Below are positions 18,337-27,273 of a stretch of 64,000 nucleotides of DNA, piece by piece. The notes below the pieces were generated by a model that did not search any database, had not been told where the DNA came from, and was given only the letters and a program-made list of their open reading frames with translations. Position 1 is the stretch's first letter; each line of letters starts with the position of its first letter. Origin of the DNA: Acidisarcina sp. (lineage in GTDB: Bacteria > Acidobacteriota > Terriglobia > Terriglobales > Acidobacteriaceae); assembly GCA_036401375.1 (NCBI GenBank), contig DASWVB010000013.1, forward strand, positions 145,651 through 209,650, written 5' to 3'. The translations under genes and the position numbers were made by a program.

Positions 18337-19176
18337 ATGCACACGCAAATTCAGTGTTCTGATCAGTTCAGGCGGCCCAATCCGAATTCCCATCGTGACT
18401 GGGCGGCCTCATGCAGCCCGTATCCACCGAAGGGCTCTTATGAGGTCATCTACCTCATCGGCGCGAGTCCTTGCGTTCGCGGAGCCATCCTGGCCGGCAG
18501 TGAATCGTTTGGCCCGGAGATGGTCGGCTTTAGTTCCGTCCGAGAGTTCGGGGAGGCCTATAGGGACGACGAGTCTGCTTGCCTCATTCTTGATTTGCAT
18601 CCTCAGGACCATCCCGATCATGCGCTCCAGTGCGAACTCGCGGGAAAGGCGTGCCCTCCTGTCATTTTCACCTGCGGGCACAGTGACATTCCTGCAGCTG
18701 TCGGCGCGATGAAGGCAGGAGCGGTCGAGTTGCTGACTCTACCTATCAATTCCATAGCACTGATAGAAGCCATCAAATCCGCGTTTCTCCTACATAGAAG
18801 ACTGCGTCAAAGAAGGGCCGAGCAGTCTAAATTGCAAGAGCGCTTTTCGAGCCTGACGCCGCGCGAGCGGGAGGTCTTGCCCCTTACCGTCGGAGGTTTA
18901 CTCAATAAACAGGCTGCATCTGTGCTGGGAATCTCCGAAGTGACGTTGCAAATCCATCGAAGCCAGATCATGCGGAAGATGCAAGCGGAATCGCTTGCGG
19001 ACCTGGTCAGGATGTCTGTGAAGCTGCGCATACCGTATTGGCGTGAAGGTCCTGGCAGCATTCAAACAATTCTCATGAGCCCTTTTAACTTCATACGCCC
19101 GATGCGAACGGGTGTGCGCACTAGAGTTTGCTCGAGTCTTCTAATACAAACCCCCAATAGGCAGTGCACGAAGTAG
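18337..19176 (+). CDS. LuxR/FixJ-family response regulator with atypical receiver domain
   Basis: C-terminal HTH 'LTPREREVLPLTVGGLLNKQAASVLGISEVTLQIHRSQIMRKM'. Receiver 'CLILDLHP...VIFTCGHSDIPAAVGAMKAGAVELLTLP'. The start is uncertain: first in-frame ATG chosen, while the track ORF begins at 18232. Confidence 0.75.
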   Translation: MHTQIQCSDQFRRPNPNSHRDWAASCSPYPPKGSYEVIYLIGASPCVRGAILAGSESFGPEMVGFSSVREFGEAYRDDESACLILDLHPQDHPDHALQCELAGKACPPVIFTCGHSDIPAAVGAMKAGAVELLTLPINSIALIEAIKSAFLLHRRLRQRRAEQSKLQERFSSLTPREREVLPLTVGGLLNKQAASVLGISEVTLQIHRSQIMRKMQAESLADLVRMSVKLRIPYWREGPGSIQTILMSPFNFIRPMRTGVRTRVCSSLLIQTPNRQCTK

Positions 19177-19237
19177 CAATTATGTTCGATAGCAAGACGA
19201 GGGTCATTTCCTCTTGATTGATTCACAAGGAGCCACC

Positions 19238-20119
19238 ATGAAAGCCACCGCAAACTCCACAGAGGCATCGAAGGTCCATTACAAAACCATCCGCATCCGG
19301 GACCTCGATGTGTTCTATCGTGATGCGGGCCCAAGAGACGCGCCCGTGCTGCTTCTCCTCCACGGCTTCCCCACTTCATCGAATATGTTCCGCAACTTGA
19401 TTCCGCGGCTGGCGGAATCGTTTCGGGTTATCGCTCCTGATTACCCCGGGTATGGTTTTAGCAGCATGCCTGACCACAAAGCCTTCCCCTACACCTTCGA
19501 AAACGTGACGAGCATCGTCGAGGAGCTCACAAAAACACTTGAGCTGACCAAGTACACACTCTATGTCATGGACTATGGAGCACCGATCGGCTATCGGCTC
19601 GCCTTACTTCATCCCGAGAAGATTTCGGGGCTCATCGTGCAGAACGGGAACGCCTATGAGGAGGGGCTGCTCAAGTTCTGGGATCCCATCAAGAAATACT
19701 GGCACGATGCGACTCCAGAGAATCGCGCAGCCCTGACGTTCATGGTGAGCCCGGAGACCACGAAGTGGCAGTATCACAACGGCGTGAGCGATCCAGGTCT
19801 GCTTGACCCAACGACATGGACGCTCGATCAGGTTCTTCTCGATCGGCCGGGCAACGGCGACATCCAATTGGATATGCTGTTCGACTATGGTTCGAATGTC
19901 CCCCTGTACCCTCAGTTTCAGGCCTTCTTTCGCCAGTACAAGCCGCCGACCCTGATCGTCTGGGGGAAGAACGACTTCATCTTTCCGCCGGAAGGCGCAG
20001 TGCCCTACAAGCGGGACTTGCCCAACGTCGAGACACACTTGCTGGATACGGGCCATTTCGCCTTAGAGACTCATGGGGAAGAAATCGCTAACCATATCAA
20101 GAGATTTTTCGCTTCTTGA
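19238..20119 (+). CDS. Alpha/beta-fold hydrolase (epoxide hydrolase/haloalkane dehalogenase-like)
   Basis: 'VLLLLHGFPTSSNMFRNLIP', nucleophile elbow 'VMDYGAP', C-terminal 'DTGHFALE'. ATG preceded by AAGGAG. Confidence 0.85.
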   Translation: MKATANSTEASKVHYKTIRIRDLDVFYRDAGPRDAPVLLLLHGFPTSSNMFRNLIPRLAESFRVIAPDYPGYGFSSMPDHKAFPYTFENVTSIVEELTKTLELTKYTLYVMDYGAPIGYRLALLHPEKISGLIVQNGNAYEEGLLKFWDPIKKYWHDATPENRAALTFMVSPETTKWQYHNGVSDPGLLDPTTWTLDQVLLDRPGNGDIQLDMLFDYGSNVPLYPQFQAFFRQYKPPTLIVWGKNDFIFPPEGAVPYKRDLPNVETHLLDTGHFALETHGEEIANHIKRFFAS

Positions 20120-20627
20120 AGGCCCGATGGAGTACATGGTCTGGCAATCGAAGCGCGGAAGAAGGGGTGGACGGCAGGGCAGTTCGCCCCTCGTGTCGTG
20201 ATACGTAATCGCTCTGGCAAGTCATCCATCAAGGGACCTGGCGGGGCAATCGAGCCAGTTGTTAGACGGTGGCTCTAACGGCAAACGGGCTTCGGGCCGC
20301 CCTTGAATCGTGGGATGTTTGGGCAGGCAAATCACGAACGCGTTTGGGATGCGACAAAACCCTTCCTCCACCTTACGGGAGGATGCAGTTGTACGATTCG
20401 CGATCGCTGGTTAGCTCAAGGGAGTTCGCGAAAGAGCATCACAACTGCAACCCCGGGCATAAGCTCAACAGCTCGCTGCCTCAGTCCGACGGCCTGGAAG
20501 GTATTCACCAGATCTGCTGGCTTTGAGTGTAATCGCGCCAGCCCACAGTGTGGACCGCCACGATCTGAGCGTCACCGGAAGGCCAGCGCAGCTTTGATGG
20601 CATCATCATGATCGTCACCTTAATAAC

Positions 20628-21152
20628 TCAGGAGACCCTGGATCGGGTCGATTCAAAAAGGAACCACGAGCGCCGTTGCGCCTGGTCGATCCAGTTTTCC
20701 AAGAGGCTTGCGGTTGCTACATCACCCGCATCGGCACATAGGGTATGCGCCGCTCGCATGCTCAACATGATTGCCTTTTCGTTTTCATGGAGTTCGCTCA
20801 GCATATCGCCCGGGGTAACATAGTCGGCATCGTTATCGGAGATACGCTGCAGGCGAGCGATATGCCCGACTGAACGGATCGTCGTGCCGCCGATTTTCCG
20901 AACACGCTCAGCAATCTCGTCCGTGACGGCGAATAGCTGGTCCGCATGATCGTCCAACAGTAAGTGGTAGTCCCGAAAGTGCGGTCCACTCATATGCCAG
21001 TGGAAGTTCTTAGTTTTCAGGTAAAGACAAAACACATCAGCCAGTAATGTATTCAAGGCGCATGAAATGTCCTCCACCGCGTGCATACTAATGTCCGAAT
21101 TATCAATCGGCGGTGCCTGTTGCTTCTTTGCTAGTTTATCTTTGTTAAGCAT
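20628..21152 (-). CDS. dps: Dps family DNA-protection/ferritin-like protein
   Basis: 'LYLKTKNFHWHMSGPHFRDYHLLLDDHADQLFAVTDEIAERVRKIGG' is the canonical Dps ferroxidase region. Confidence 0.9.
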   Translation of the reverse strand: MLNKDKLAKKQQAPPIDNSDISMHAVEDISCALNTLLADVFCLYLKTKNFHWHMSGPHFRDYHLLLDDHADQLFAVTDEIAERVRKIGGTTIRSVGHIARLQRISDNDADYVTPGDMLSELHENEKAIMLSMRAAHTLCADAGDVATASLLENWIDQAQRRSWFLFESTRSRVS

Positions 21153-21282
21153 CTCGACCTCTTGTATTGGTGTTTAGTAGTCTTTCAGGAAACGACATGT
21201 GTTTCCGCACTCTACGTCACAGTAACTGCCAGTTCAACGCTACTTAGACGTGGTCTTCATTGTCCGAGCCCACTCTTGCTGC

Positions 21283-22101
21283 TCAATGCCATACCCGTAT
21301 GCCGAAGATGAACCTGGGATTCGATACGGAGTCACCGGAGCGATGGGAGTATGAAGCCGTACTCCCGTACTGATCGGTATAGGCTAACCCAACGTACGGT
21401 GCCACTTTGCGCCGTATTTCGTAGCGCAGCCGTATCCCGGTATCCAGATCGGTCATGCCCGTTCCCAAACCCCTGGCTGGGTCGGGCTTGCTGTAGAAGT
21501 TCATCTCCAACTCTGGCTGGGCAACTAACCGTTGGGTAATTCTCAGGTCGTACGACGCGGTGATCTTTCCCGCGACGTGACCGCCATCCCGGAAATAGAA
21601 GGTCGGCTCTATCTGGAAAAAGCTCGGTGCGAGTCCCTCGATGCCGATTGCGCCCCAGGTGCGATTTGCAGACGAGTCCAGATCTTCACGAATGCCAACT
21701 TGAGCGTCCAAATACCGCAAACGTGGAATGGGCCGATCGTACAGGAGCTCCTGATCACCGTCACTCAAACTACTACCATGCAGGGTGCCCTCTGACTTAA
21801 TCCACAAGCGGTTCATATCCGTCCCAATCCAGCCTTCACCATCCCAACGAAGATCGGGTGACGCACCGTCTGTTCGACCCTCGAGCTGATTGAACAACAC
21901 ATGCGCGACGACCCGGTCTGTGATTGGGGGTTTCCAACCGTGCCTATCCGTCGACACCGCATTCGCTGAAGGCGCAGTTCCGGATTGAGCGCGTGCCTCA
22001 GAAGCCAGCGCTAAAAGAGATAAAAAGATGGCTAGTCCCGCAAAGAGGATACTTAAGGCTACCCTGGTTGAGAATTGACGTTTCTTCCCGCGCGAGATCA
22101 C
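21283..22101 (-). CDS. copB: Copper resistance protein B (outer-membrane CopB/PcoB)
   Basis: 'LFNQLEGRTDG...LRWDGEGWIGTDMNRLWIKSEGT' is CopB family. GTG start re-picked so that it overlaps the copA stop (GTGA), followed by a signal peptide. Confidence 0.85.
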   Translation of the reverse strand: MISRGKKRQFSTRVALSILFAGLAIFLSLLALASEARAQSGTAPSANAVSTDRHGWKPPITDRVVAHVLFNQLEGRTDGASPDLRWDGEGWIGTDMNRLWIKSEGTLHGSSLSDGDQELLYDRPIPRLRYLDAQVGIREDLDSSANRTWGAIGIEGLAPSFFQIEPTFYFRDGGHVAGKITASYDLRITQRLVAQPELEMNFYSKPDPARGLGTGMTDLDTGIRLRYEIRRKVAPYVGLAYTDQYGSTASYSHRSGDSVSNPRFIFGIRVWH

Positions 22102-24077
22102 GACACCACCACCGTACGGAACATTCCTGCCTCCATGTGAAACATCAAGTGACAGTGCAATGCCCATCGTCCCGGAGTGTCGGCGCTCACGAGAAACGTC
22201 ACTCGCTCCGACGGTTTGACAATGACCGTATGTTTGTAGGGGTTGAACTCTCCCTGGCCTGTCTCGACCTCGCTCCACATACCGTGAAGGTGGATGGGAT
22301 GGTCCATCATGCTGTCGTTGATCAGCGTGAAGCGGACCCGCTCCCCGAGCTTCAACTCAATCGATCCAGAATCGGAGAATTTCCGGCCGTCGAATCCCCA
22401 GATGTAACGCTGCATGTTGCCCGTCAAATGCAGTTCGATTTCCCGAGTAGGCAGCCGGCCATCAACCCCGCGGTATCGGGCTCTCAAGTCGGCGTAAGTG
22501 AGTACGCGTCGGCCATTGCTCTGCAGTCCGTCACCAGGATCAGACAGGCGTTCCGACACTGCCATCGATATTCCGTCCACTTGCGGACCGACGTGTGAAA
22601 GCGTGCGATCCACGGGGATTTTTGCTCCGGCCAGCGGCGACGCAGACGAATAGGCACTGGTGGATGGACCCGGCTGAGGAAACGGCATATAGTTGCTTAC
22701 ATTTACAATCGATTTCGCAGCAACGGATGCGGCAGTCACGTCCGCTTCACCGCGATCAATTGCAGTTGTGGACGAGCCCTGCTCAGGCGGCATATTCATG
22801 TCCATTCCCGGCATTTGCTCTGGCGTCGTGGGGTTCTGCGCAGGTGAAATATTCATGCCCATTGCTGGCATCTGCCGTGGCGTCTTTGGGTCCGTCGTCG
22901 TAGGCATACTCATCGCCTTCATCCCGGCCATACCCATGCCCATGTCAACCATGGTGCGCATGGGCCGCGGATCCATCGCCGGCACCTCAGCGGTCATCCC
23001 GAGTCGCGGTGCAAGCGTCCCTCTTGCGTAGCCCGTACGATCTATGGCCTGTGCAAAGATGCTGTAGGCCGTATCCTGTCTGGGTTCCACGATCACGTCG
23101 TACGTTTCCGCATTACCGATTCGAAATTCATCCACCACAACCGGCTCGATCTCGTTGCCGTCAGCCTGCACGACTGTCATCGTGAGGCCGGGCAAGCGTA
23201 CGTCAAAGAGGGTCATCGCCGAACTGTTGATGAAACGGAGCCGAACCCGCTCGCCAGGTTTGAAGAGGGCTGTCCAGTTCGATGCCGGGTTATTTCCGTT
23301 CATCAGAAACGTATAGGTCGCGCCAGTTACGTCTGATATGTCGGTCGGAGTCATATTCATCCGGCCCCACATCCTGCGGTTAGATATTGTAGGACCGAGG
23401 CCGTTCTTCCTCGCGTCATCGATGAATGTTCCCAAAGTCCTCTGGTGGAAGTTGTAGTACTCGCTGTCCTGCTTCAGGTTGCTGAAGACGGTCCTGGGGT
23501 CGGTATCTGTCCAGTCCGCCAGGATGACGACATACTCGCGGTCATACGGCCCGGATGGATCTACTGCCGGATCGATAATGACCGCGCCGGCCAGGCCTGT
23601 CTGTTCCTGAGCCGCGCTGTGGCTGTGATACCAGTAGGTGCCGCTCTGACGCACGGGAATCCGATACACAAACGTTTCGCCGGGACGAATGCCCGCGAAG
23701 CTGAGGCCCGGAACTCCATCCATAGCGCTGGATACACGAACTCCATGCCAATGCAGCGATGTAGGAACCTTGAGGCGATTTGTAACTGCGAGCGTTACCA
23801 GGTCGCCTTGTCGCCACCGCAGGGTTGGTGCAGGCAGGGAGTTGTTGACGACAGTTGCCGCTGATTGTCTCCCAGTGAAGTTGACCTTTTTTTCTGCTAT
23901 CTCCAATTCGAAGTGAGTGCCTGAAAGCGTTGACGGACTCTGCACTACCGTCTCGCAGAAGAGAGGGCTCCGACTTAGCCCCAGACCGCCCACAAGGCCA
24001 CCTATGGCCAAGCCCTTAACAAATGTCCGACGCGTAACCGGCACCTTGCACTCAACCACATCTGCTTCTATCTGCAC
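22098..24077 (-). CDS. copA: Multicopper oxidase CopA/PcoA with Tat signal and Met-rich insert
   Basis: Tat motif 'TRRTFVKGL'. Cu sites 'HWHG', 'WYHSH', 'HPIHLHG', 'HCHLMFHMEAGM'. Met-rich segment at aa 361-431. AGGAGG lies 4-5 nt upstream of the GTG. Confidence 0.9.
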   Translation of the reverse strand: MQIEADVVECKVPVTRRTFVKGLAIGGLVGGLGLSRSPLFCETVVQSPSTLSGTHFELEIAEKKVNFTGRQSAATVVNNSLPAPTLRWRQGDLVTLAVTNRLKVPTSLHWHGVRVSSAMDGVPGLSFAGIRPGETFVYRIPVRQSGTYWYHSHSAAQEQTGLAGAVIIDPAVDPSGPYDREYVVILADWTDTDPRTVFSNLKQDSEYYNFHQRTLGTFIDDARKNGLGPTISNRRMWGRMNMTPTDISDVTGATYTFLMNGNNPASNWTALFKPGERVRLRFINSSAMTLFDVRLPGLTMTVVQADGNEIEPVVVDEFRIGNAETYDVIVEPRQDTAYSIFAQAIDRTGYARGTLAPRLGMTAEVPAMDPRPMRTMVDMGMGMAGMKAMSMPTTTDPKTPRQMPAMGMNISPAQNPTTPEQMPGMDMNMPPEQGSSTTAIDRGEADVTAASVAAKSIVNVSNYMPFPQPGPSTSAYSSASPLAGAKIPVDRTLSHVGPQVDGISMAVSERLSDPGDGLQSNGRRVLTYADLRARYRGVDGRLPTREIELHLTGNMQRYIWGFDGRKFSDSGSIELKLGERVRFTLINDSMMDHPIHLHGMWSEVETGQGEFNPYKHTVIVKPSERVTFLVSADTPGRWALHCHLMFHMEAGMFRTVVVS

Positions 24078-24228
24078 GGCCCCTCCTCATGCGCACACTT
24101 AGTGCGCGAGCTATACAAAATGAAAGCCTAGTAAAAGATGCCCAGTCTCACCATCACTTATTCTCCCTAATACAAACCCATGATTTGCACGCTCTGCCGC
24201 GTCATCTATGTTCGTAGGCAAATGAGGA

Positions 24229-24627
24229 GTGCATATGAAAATGCGGACCGCGGTGTTGGCCGTTGTCGTGATGATTCCGGCTGTCGCTTTTGCCATGGGG
24301 CAACACGACACTTATGCGCAGGGCCAGCCCCAAGCCAATGATGTGAAGTGGAACGCGTTGATGGCAGGCATGAACAAGATGCACGTTGCCATGGCGTCCA
24401 CAAGGCCCTCTGGCGATGCAAATGTTGATTTTGTGAGGTTGATGTTGCCTCACCACGAAGCCGCGTTAGACATGGCCAAGACGCAACTTATCTACGGAAC
24501 CGATCCCCAGATGCGGAGACTTGCACAGGAGATCATCACCGACCAGCAATCTGAGATTGAACTGATGCAGCTTTGGCTAAAGCAGCACGAGGATCATCAC
24601 ATCCCCGCTGCTTACCCAACGAAGTAG
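24229..24627 (+). CDS. DUF305 family protein (copper-island associated)
   Basis: Signal peptide, then 'DFVRLMLPHHEAALDMAKTQL...QEIITDQQSEIELMQLWL'. Confidence 0.85.
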   Translation: MHMKMRTAVLAVVVMIPAVAFAMGQHDTYAQGQPQANDVKWNALMAGMNKMHVAMASTRPSGDANVDFVRLMLPHHEAALDMAKTQLIYGTDPQMRRLAQEIITDQQSEIELMQLWLKQHEDHHIPAAYPTK

Positions 24628-24690
24628 CACGGCACATTAACCAGATGCGGTTATATGTCCATTCACAATTGGCTTATCAGGAGAAGCAAT

Positions 24691-26151
24691 ATGAAATTGT
24701 CATGTTGGTCTTTACTCTTTTGTCTGGCGCCATGCGGGTTTGCGCAACAAGCGCCCTGGGGCCGACCGGATATTCCAATCTCCAGTCATGATCGCGTGTA
24801 CGCGGCTGACCAGACCTCTAACACGGTCTCGGTCATCGACCCTTCTACGAATCTTTCTCTTGGCGAAATCCGGCTCGGGGACCCAGTTCCAGCCGCCTTG
24901 AGTCCACTTTACAAAGGAGAGTTGCTGGTACATGGACTGGGATACTCTCCCGACAGTAAAACTCTCGCAGTCGTCTCCGTCGCATCAAATTCGGTCACTC
25001 TCATTGACACGGCGACTAACGGCGTTAAAGGAAAGATTTACGTCGGGCGTTCTCCACATGAGGCCTTCTTCACAACCGATGGGCGGGAGTTGTGGGTCAC
25101 GGTGCGCGGAGAGAATTACATCTCCGTCATCGATCCTGTCCGGATGAAGGAAATCCAACGAATCCAGTTGGCGAACGGTCCGGGAATGACTTCCTTCGGC
25201 ACTGATGGGCGATATGCGTTTGTCTGCTCCAGCTTCACTCCGGAATTCTCCGTGTTGGATGTGAAGGCGCATCGCGTTATCAAGCGCCTGGTGCAGGCGA
25301 GCCCCTTCTGTCCAAATATTGCTGTCAGCCCAGAAAACGACGAGGTATGGATCACCTTGAAGGACGCCGGTAAGGTGCAAATATTTGATGCCAAACCTCC
25401 ATTCGAGCAGAGGGCGGTGTTGGAGACTGGTCCGATCACCAACCATGTCAATTTCGTCAACAACAGTCGCGGGAAGTTCGCTTATGTCACCATCGGCGGC
25501 GCGAATGAGGTCAAGGTGTTTCGTAGAGGACCTGCGCCAGAACTGGTTGCTACCATTCCGGTGGGAAGCCTTCCTCACGGTATCTGGCCGTCCGGAGACG
25601 GCTCGAGGGTCTACGTCGCGTTAGAAAATGGAGACGCGGCTCAAGTCATCGACACCTTGTCCAATGCGGTGATAGCAAGCATTCCAATTGGACAAACAAC
25701 CCAGGCCCTGGTGTACGTGCCCAACGCGATTCCAAATGGTCAGGGAAAAGAAAACCTTAGTCCCTTGGGGAATGCGGGAACCACAGCCCACCTTCATCTG
25801 AGGGCCGGCAGCACCTCTCTACCAAAGGCACAGGCGTCAGTGGCAATCAACTCGCTGGGATTGCTGGACCTTGTAGAACTTGCAGCTGCGGGACTAACTC
25901 CGACGACCACATATAGGGTCTACCTGGCAGAATCGAATCATTTGCCATTCGGCAAGTTGCAGGAATTGGCCATACTGAAGACAAATGCTGATGGAGCGGG
26001 ACTCGTGCAGACGATTGGACCACTCAAGTCGGTGGGGCCGAGTGTGGGGCCTACTTCATCAACCGATCCACGCTTCTTGATTGTCGCTGGATCGGATGAC
26101 GATTCCAACGTAGTGCTCATCGAATCGACCGTGATCGAGGGCCCACACTGA
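24691..26151 (+). CDS. YVTN/YncE-like beta-propeller repeat protein, secreted
   Basis: Repeated 'N.VSVID' / 'P.G...SPDG..LYV' propeller blades. Signal peptide 'MKLSCWSLLFCLAPCGFAQQ' (start re-picked at Met13). Confidence 0.8.
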   Translation: MKLSCWSLLFCLAPCGFAQQAPWGRPDIPISSHDRVYAADQTSNTVSVIDPSTNLSLGEIRLGDPVPAALSPLYKGELLVHGLGYSPDSKTLAVVSVASNSVTLIDTATNGVKGKIYVGRSPHEAFFTTDGRELWVTVRGENYISVIDPVRMKEIQRIQLANGPGMTSFGTDGRYAFVCSSFTPEFSVLDVKAHRVIKRLVQASPFCPNIAVSPENDEVWITLKDAGKVQIFDAKPPFEQRAVLETGPITNHVNFVNNSRGKFAYVTIGGANEVKVFRRGPAPELVATIPVGSLPHGIWPSGDGSRVYVALENGDAAQVIDTLSNAVIASIPIGQTTQALVYVPNAIPNGQGKENLSPLGNAGTTAHLHLRAGSTSLPKAQASVAINSLGLLDLVELAAAGLTPTTTYRVYLAESNHLPFGKLQELAILKTNADGAGLVQTIGPLKSVGPSVGPTSSTDPRFLIVAGSDDDSNVVLIESTVIEGPH

Positions 26152-26565
26152 GGAGGCAGGCCGGGCCGACCGCGCGGGGCATAGGCTATACCGTTCTAAA
26201 AGGCTTATACGTCCAGCGGGAGAGACTCGCCAATCTTCTCTTGAGCGTGCTGGGCGAGATTTGCGTTCCATTCAAATGGAGCACAAAGAATCAGCACAAT
26301 TGCCTTCATGGAGCATCCCAATGACGGACAGTATGCCAGACACTTCCCGCCGCCGCTTTCTAGCCGTCGTAAGCGCATCCACCGTTGCGACTTTGCGGGA
26401 CGCAGAAGGTCGCAGCTGAAGGAGTAGGCATTCTCCCAGTGAAAGCCACTGCTCCTGCTGGTCACCAAAGCCGCGAAGATGTGAACTAAAGAACTGATCC
26501 GACTAACGCTGATTGATGGCCCGACGATCTTGATCGAGTTCGGTGGCCTGCGCACCGCTGAGCTG

Positions 26566-27207
26566 CTAGACCGCGACGCCATCATACGCGGCCGTGAGTA
26601 AGGGTCCGAGCAGACTCATTATCTGATCGGCCATCTCCTCTGACGGGCACCGGTGCTCGTGGCGCACCCAGTCTTTGGCGGCCCCGAACATGGCCCAGCT
26701 CACAGCAGCGGCAAGCATCGACGCGGTCACTCCGTTGGCAGGCGGATGCTTCTCCATCCCTGCCAGGATCATCTGCGTCACGACCGAGATCACCGGCGCT
26801 TCCATGTGCGGTTCCATCTGTGTCACCTGCTTCGATTTCCGTCCCGGCGCCGCGGCCAGATAGTCGCAGACCCCAAGGGCCATCGATCGCAGGGCAGATT
26901 GACAGCCGCCGTCAAATTTGACCCCCCGCGCCTCTAACAGTGCGCTGAACCGGCTGGCGACCATGCACTCCAGCAGCGAGTATTTATCCGGGTAGTGGGC
27001 ATAGAACGTGGCCCGGTTCAGAGTTGCTGCCTCCGTGATGTCCTGCACGGAGATCTTGTCGAACTCCCTCTCGCCGAGTAACTTCTCGAGCGCCTGCCCA
27101 AGCAGCAGGTGGGTTCGCCGTACACGAGGATCGGCGGTCTCAGCTGATGGCTTCTGACTCATAAGCTCCAGAATAGCAAAAGCAACACTTAGTTGCTTAC
27201 TCGACAT
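26566..27207 (-). CDS. TetR/AcrR family transcriptional regulator
   Basis: N-terminal HTH 'FDKISVQDITEAATLNRATFYAHYPDKYSLL'. Confidence 0.85.
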   Translation of the reverse strand: MSSKQLSVAFAILELMSQKPSAETADPRVRRTHLLLGQALEKLLGEREFDKISVQDITEAATLNRATFYAHYPDKYSLLECMVASRFSALLEARGVKFDGGCQSALRSMALGVCDYLAAAPGRKSKQVTQMEPHMEAPVISVVTQMILAGMEKHPPANGVTASMLAAAVSWAMFGAAKDWVRHEHRCPSEEMADQIMSLLGPLLTAAYDGVAV

Positions 27208-27256
27208 TTGTTGGTGTAAGCTGAATCGACATTTGATGGTTAAGCATCATATGTCG
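27201..27256. promoter_or_regulatory. Candidate TetR operator region (about 20-bp direct repeat x2 plus inverted partner)
   Basis: 'TCGACATTTGTTGGTGTAAGC' (27201-27221) and 'TCGACATTTGATGGTTAAGC' (27226-27245). CGACAT at 27227-27232 and ATGTCG at 27251-27256 form an inverted repeat. Located in the divergent TetR/azoR intergenic region, and copy 1 overlaps the TetR start codon. Confidence 0.45.
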
Positions 27257-27273
27257 CAGGAGAGCAGCCGACT

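Noticed and set aside
20120-20627. ORFs 20269..20526 and 20303..20611 between the hydrolase and dps genes
   Set aside because: They overlap each other and show no family resemblance. The minus strand shows only short frame-broken pieces (for example 'DAQIVAVHTVGWRDYT'). Probably decayed DNA at the edge of the copper island.
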